DNA of 41,223 nucleotides from Chryseobacterium sp. (lineage in GTDB: Bacteria > Bacteroidota > Bacteroidia > Flavobacteriales > Weeksellaceae): the NCBI GenBank assembly GCA_015478785.1, contig JADMKO010000024.1, positions 1-41,223 of the forward strand. Direction: 5' to 3'. Below the pieces are notes generated by a model that was not told where the DNA came from, made no database searches, and was given only the letters and a program-made list of their open reading frames with translations. The position numbers were made by a program, and so were the translations under genes. Every line of letters begins with the position of its first letter. Within the stretch, counting starts at the first letter, position 1. Below are positions 38,095 to 41,223 of this stretch, piece by piece.

Positions 38095-41000
38095 TCAGAT
38101 TTTACTAACTTTTACATTAAACTGAACCTCGTCGATCTCGATCCTGTCAAAATCTGCGAGTGAATTTACAATTTCTATTTTATTTGACAATACTTCGTCT
38201 GAAATATATTGTTGATTCTTCATGATTTCTCTTTCAAAAGGCGAGTTGGCCTCCAACTGAATTGAGATTCTGTCGGTTAAGTCAAAATCCTTTTCTTTTC
38301 TTAAGTTTTGAATCCGGTTGATAAACTCTCTGGCAATTCCTTCCGATTTCAGTTCTTCAGTTAAGGTGAGGTCCAGTGCAACGGTAATTTTCCCTTCGCT
38401 GGCTACCGTCCATCCCGGAATATCCTTGGTTGAAATTTCTACATCATCCAAACCTATTTCGTGGCCGGCAACGGTCATTTTTCCGTTTTTCTCAAGATCG
38501 GCAATCTGTTCCGTAGTCATCGAAGAAATTTCTGTACCGACGGCTTTCATGTCTTTTCCAAGCCTTGAACCCAGTGTTTTGAAATTCGGCTTGATCTGTT
38601 TTACAATCAGATGCGACGCTTCTTCAGCATTGATGAGCTGTAGTTCTTTTACATTCACTTCTTGCTTAATCAGTTCGGAAACTGCTACGATTTGTTTTTC
38701 TGTTTTCTGCTCCAGCACCGGAATCATCACTTTCTGAAGTGGTTGCCGAACCTTAATATTTTCTTTTTTCCTGAGTGAAAACACCATGGAAGTTATCGTT
38801 TGCGCCAAATGTGTTTTTTCCACCAGATCCTTATCTATTTTGCTTTCTTCAGCGATTGGAAAATCGGTTAAATGTACAGAAGTTGCGGCGTCTTTTCCGG
38901 TTACTTTATTCAAATCCTGATAAAGGCGATCCATGAAAAAAGGCGCTATCGGTGCAGAAAGTTTTGCAACAGTTTCCAGACAGGTGTATAGCGTTTGATA
39001 CGCCGAAATTTTATCAGCTGAATAATCACCTTTCCAGAAACGTCTCCTGCAAAGCCTTACATACCAATTACTTAAATTGTCATTTACGAAAGTGTTGATG
39101 GCTCTTGCCACCTTTGTAGGTTCGTAATCTTCATAAAATTCCTTTACTTCTTTAATGAGAATATTCAGTTCTGAAAGAATCCACCGATCGATTTCCGGGC
39201 GGTTTTCTACGTCTTTTTCTTCGTATTTAAAACCGTCCACATTGGCATACAGGGCAAAAAACGAATACGTATTGTAAAGCGTTCCGAAGAATTTTCTCCG
39301 CACTTCATCGATTCCTTCTACATCAAATTTCAGATTTTCCCAGGGATTGGCATTAGAAATCATGTACCAGCGCGTTGCATCTGGCCCATATTTTTTCAAT
39401 GTCTCAAAAGGATCAACTGCGTTTCCAAGGCGCTTTGACATTTTCTGTCCGTTTTTATCCAGAACCAGACCGTTGGAAACCACATTTTTATAGGCTACTG
39501 AATCGAAAACTGAAGTTGCAATCGCATGCAGCGTGTAGAACCATCCACGGGTTTGATCCACACCTTCTGCAATAAAATCGGCAGGAAATGCCTTTCTCTC
39601 GTCAATTAATTCTTTATTTTCAAAAGGATAATGTAGCTGTGCATACGGCATCGCTCCGGAGTCGAACCAAACGTCGATCAAATCGCTTTCGCGCTTCATT
39701 GGCTTTCCGGAGTCTGAAACGAGGATTATTTCGTCCACATAATTTTTATGAAGATCTACTTTTGCGTAATTTTCATCTGACATATTTCCGATTTCAAAAT
39801 TAGAAAAAGGATTTTCTGTCATCATTCCTGCTGCGACGGATTTTTCGATTTCCTGATAAAGCTCCTCTAAAGATCCGATGATTTTTTCCTCCTTTAAGTC
39901 TCCGCTTCTCCAGATAGGCAGCGGTATTCCCCAATATCTTGAGCGGGAAAGATTCCAATCGTTTACATTTTCCAGCCAGTTCGCAAATCTTCCTTCGCCG
40001 GTAGATTTCGGTTTCCAGTTGATGGTTTCGTTCAGTTCTACCAAACGCTGACGATTTTCGGTCATTTTTACAAACCAAGAATCCAGCGGATAATAGAGCA
40101 CAGGTTTGTCCGTTCTCCAACAATGTGGATAGCTGTGAACATATTTTTCGACCTTAAAGGCCTTGTTTTCAGTTTTTAATAAAATGGCGAGTTCTACATC
40201 CCATGATTTTTCCGGAGCAGTTCCGTCATCGTAATATTCGTTCTTGATATAGTTTCCTGAAAAAATTTCAGGTACATTTTTACCTTTCAGAAATCTTCCG
40301 GTTAAGTCCACTAAAGGAACCATGTTGTCGTTTTCATCCTTCACCAGCATAGGCGGAATTCCGTTTTCCTTTGCTACACGCGCATCATCGGCGCCAAAAG
40401 TGGGCGCAATATGCACAATCCCGGTTCCGTCCTCCGTGGTTACAAAATCGCCCACAATAACTCTGAAGGCTTTATCAGGATTTTCGGCCGGCAAAAACCA
40501 CGGTATCAATTGTTCATATTCAGTTCCCGCCAGATCTTCACCTTTGAATTCTGCTAAGATCTGATAAGGAATCGTTTTGTTTTCAGAAGTATAATTCACG
40601 AAATCTTCATCTGTACCTTCATTATATTTTTTACCGAATTGTTTCGGCAATAAAGCTTTCGCTAAAATAATGTTAATCGGTTCAAAAGTATACTGGTTAA
40701 AAGTTTTTGCCAAAACATAATCAATATCTTTCCCTACTGCCAAAGCGGTGTTGGAAGGCAAAGTCCACGGTGTTGTGGTCCACGCAAGAATATGAATTGT
40801 TTCGGAAAAGGATATTTTTGATTGTAATGTTGAGGATAGATTCTTCACTTTAAACTGAGCCACAACAGTAGTATCAGAAACATCACGATACGTTCCCGGC
40901 TGATTGAGTTCGTGGGAAGAAAGCCCTGTTCCCGCTTTTGGTGAATAAGGCTGAATGGTATATCCTTTATACAGCAATCCTTTATCATAAAGCTGTTTCA

Positions 41001-41223
41001 GCAACCACCAAACGGTTTCCATGTATTTCGGTTCGTAGGTGATGTAAGGGTTTTCCAGATCGACCCAATAGCCTATTTTTTCCGTCAGGTCATTCCATAC
41101 ATCAGTGTAGCGCATTACAGCTTCGCGGCATGCTTTATTATAATCTTCAACAGAAATTTTGGTCCCGATGTCTTCTTTGGTAATTCCCAGTTCTTTTTCC
41201 ACACCGAGTTCTATCGGCAATCC
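38095..41223 (-). CDS. ileS: Isoleucyl-tRNA synthetase (type 2), 5'-truncated by the window edge
   Basis: Starts at GLPIE; WTTTPWTLP, GTGIVH, YPHCWR, WNLSRSRYWG, EGVDQTRGWF, KMSKR. Confidence 0.98.
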   Translation of the reverse strand, partial: GLPIELGVEKELGITKEDIGTKISVEDYNKACREAVMRYTDVWNDLTEKIGYWVDLENPYITYEPKYMETVWWLLKQLYDKGLLYKGYTIQPYSPKAGTGLSSHELNQPGTYRDVSDTTVVAQFKVKNLSSTLQSKISFSETIHILAWTTTPWTLPSNTALAVGKDIDYVLAKTFNQYTFEPINIILAKALLPKQFGKKYNEGTDEDFVNYTSENKTIPYQILAEFKGEDLAGTEYEQLIPWFLPAENPDKAFRVIVGDFVTTEDGTGIVHIAPTFGADDARVAKENGIPPMLVKDENDNMVPLVDLTGRFLKGKNVPEIFSGNYIKNEYYDDGTAPEKSWDVELAILLKTENKAFKVEKYVHSYPHCWRTDKPVLYYPLDSWFVKMTENRQRLVELNETINWKPKSTGEGRFANWLENVNDWNLSRSRYWGIPLPIWRSGDLKEEKIIGSLEELYQEIEKSVAAGMMTENPFSNFEIGNMSDENYAKVDLHKNYVDEIILVSDSGKPMKRESDLIDVWFDSGAMPYAQLHYPFENKELIDERKAFPADFIAEGVDQTRGWFYTLHAIATSVFDSVAYKNVVSNGLVLDKNGQKMSKRLGNAVDPFETLKKYGPDATRWYMISNANPWENLKFDVEGIDEVRRKFFGTLYNTYSFFALYANVDGFKYEEKDVENRPEIDRWILSELNILIKEVKEFYEDYEPTKVARAINTFVNDNLSNWYVRLCRRRFWKGDYSADKISAYQTLYTCLETVAKLSAPIAPFFMDRLYQDLNKVTGKDAATSVHLTDFPIAEESKIDKDLVEKTHLAQTITSMVFSLRKKENIKVRQPLQKVMIPVLEQKTEKQIVAVSELIKQEVNVKELQLINAEEASHLIVKQIKPNFKTLGSRLGKDMKAVGTEISSMTTEQIADLEKNGKMTVAGHEIGLDDVEISTKDIPGWTVASEGKITVALDLTLTEELKSEGIAREFINRIQNLRKEKDFDLTDRISIQLEANSPFEREIMKNQQYISDEVLSNKIEIVNSLADFDRIEIDEVQFNVKVSKI

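Noticed and set aside
1-41223. CRISPR arrays, tRNA/rRNA, IS elements, prophage, defence or toxin-antitoxin genes
   Set aside because: Intergenic gaps are all under about 250 nt with no regularly spaced repeats or cloverleaf patterns; no transposase, integrase or phage-like ORFs; no obvious compositional island.

Overview
Gene-dense, AT-rich core chromosomal segment of a Bacteroidota bacterium. It is most consistent with Flavobacteriales/Weeksellaceae (Chryseobacterium/Kaistella-like), inferred from the protein families, gene order, TAnnTTTG promoters and absence of Shine-Dalgarno sites. It holds about 37 CDS, both ends cut mid-gene: fumC (5' partial), a ROK kinase, secA, rplU-rpmA, a WcaJ-type priming transferase, mlaE/mlaF plus a beta-barrel, meaB and methylmalonyl-CoA mutase, prfA, sodC, an S41 protease, surE, lon, a PpiD/SurA-like chaperone, an MCE protein, a split Fe-S/CCG oxidoreductase, trpS, lspA, a DksA-like protein and ileS (5' partial). 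I see no rRNA, tRNA, CRISPR array, IS or prophage, and no clearly novel multi-gene system. The most notable signals are: (1) the first ~90 nt are an inverted piece of fumC itself (fold-back chimera, probably an artefact); (2) sigma54-like -24/-12 sites precede two protease genes, with a GTGACA-N3-TGTCAC palindrome at lon; (3) a split EtfD/FadF-like oxidoreductase is linked to an MCE gene and a conserved Cys/His protein; (4) a dispersed Mla-like system has a translationally coupled beta-barrel; (5) SecA lacks its C-terminal tail; (6) the DUF2797 protein carries a GIY-YIG-like motif. All family assignments are from reading the sequences; no searches were run.
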